NCBI GenBank assembly: GCA_044226625.1 | Contig: JBGAGQ010000091.1 | Span: 1-18,036, forward strand | Direction of reading: 5' to 3' | DNA from: Thermoanaerobaculia bacterium | GTDB lineage: Bacteria; Acidobacteriota; Thermoanaerobaculia; Multivoradales; UBA5704 | DNA length: 18,036 bases | Shown: positions 17,503 to 18,036 of the stretch, in pieces | How the letters are laid out: every line of letters starts with the position of its first letter | Numbering within the stretch: position 1 is the first letter of the stretch | Program-made: the position numbers and the translations under genes | Notes under the pieces: model-generated | Told to the model about the DNA's origin: nothing | The model's input: the letters and a program-made list of their open reading frames with translations, nothing else | The model's database searches: none

Positions 17503-17523
17503 TATTGAGACTTAATCTCAATA
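17503..17523. promoter_or_regulatory. Fur-family operator (perfect 8-5-8 palindrome TATTGAGA-CTTAA-TCTCAATA)
   Basis: Resembles the 7-1-7 Fur motif (TGAGACT-T-AATCTCA versus TGATAAT-N-ATTATCA). AT-rich island upstream of an iron-uptake operon. Confidence 0.78.
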
Positions 17524-17533
17524 GCGAGAAGAG

Positions 17534-17563
17534 ATTCTGGACCGCCTCGGTCCGGATTGTCAA
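17534..17563 (-). promoter_or_regulatory. Putative sigma70 promoter of the iron-uptake operon (TTGACA-18-CAGAAT)
   Basis: Perfect TTGACA at 17558-17563 and CAGAAT at 17534-17539 on the minus strand, placing the start near 17527, just before the Fur-like box. Confidence 0.55.
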
Positions 17564-17760
17564 TCCGTCGATTCCTGACCCCCGCCCGCCATCGCAAGCG
17601 ACGCCCCGACCGGATCGGCCTCGAAACGATCGCGCCAAGCCGGAGGGCGCCACGAAGGTCTGTCCCGCCGCCGCGGACCGCCTCCTTTTGCCCTCGAATC
17701 CCGCGCGACGCGAGAAGTTGAATTTTCAGCGCCGAGAACGCTTCGGGGACTTCCCGCGCG

Positions 17761-17895
17761 ATTCCTGATCCAGGAGAATGAATCCTGAACCGGGGGAATC
17801 ATTTTTTAACTCCCAGAATCGTTTTTTAAGTCCGGGAATCGTTTTTTATCTCCAGGAATCGTTTTTCGACCCTGAAAATCGATTCTCCAGCTTAA
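17761..17895. repeat. Degenerate 20-bp tandem repeat array, consensus ~GAATCGTTTTTTANNTCCNG
   Basis: GAATG/GAATC/AAATC recur at 17776, 17796, 17816, 17836, 17856 and 17876, each followed by a T/pyrimidine tract. GC is 40% (56/140 over 17761-17900). Confidence 0.85.
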
Positions 17896-18036
17896 AAGTA
17901 CGTCCTCGCCCTGCCCCGTCTTGCAGCATTTGGCCGCAGGGCAAAGTGCGCACTCAGCGGGGTTTGATGGGCGGTCAGCTAAGGAGTTGATGAGGCAGAA
18001 GCGGCGTCTGATCGCGAAGCGCCGCACGGGTGGCCT

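Noticed and set aside
17761-17895. CRISPR array interpretation of the 20-bp repeats
   Set aside because: Unit length is 20 bp with only ~8 variable nt, repeats are degenerate, and no cas genes are in the window.
17778-18027. ORFs 17778..17990+ and 17806..18027- as genes
   Set aside because: Their ESFF..NRF repetition follows from three 20-bp units making 60 nt; no RBS or protein family support.
17980-18036. Possible gene start TAAGGAG-TTG-ATG at 17990 (MRQKRRLIAKRRTGG...)
   Set aside because: Only 3 nt separate the RBS-like motif from the ATG and only 15 codons are visible, so it cannot be supported from this window.

Overview
GC-rich (~70%) bacterial chromosomal window from a Gram-negative organism; gene style is compatible with Acidobacteriota such as Thermoanaerobaculia (inference only). 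Left to right: the 3' end of an unknown + strand gene; a TIGR02999-type ECF sigma factor translationally coupled to a membrane Ser/Thr kinase with TPRs; an SDR plus membrane-protein pair; a lone exbD/tolR; a wax ester synthase/DGAT; a nifJ (PFOR) plus DHOD-like operon; an RHH antitoxin/VapC module whose toxin carries one in-frame TAA; and a PepSY-TM / TonB-dependent receptor / PiuC iron-uptake operon under a Fur-like box. Two non-coding signals are not explained by the genes. First, two ~124-bp, ~84% identical, internally structured repeats (12089-12212 and 12978-13100) bracket the toxin-antitoxin module in inverted orientation and show compensatory stem changes and conserved GNA-triloop mini-hairpins. 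Second, an AT-rich array of pseudo-palindromic 20-bp units lies at ~17760-17895. Most other ORFs in the track are GC-rich shadow frames.
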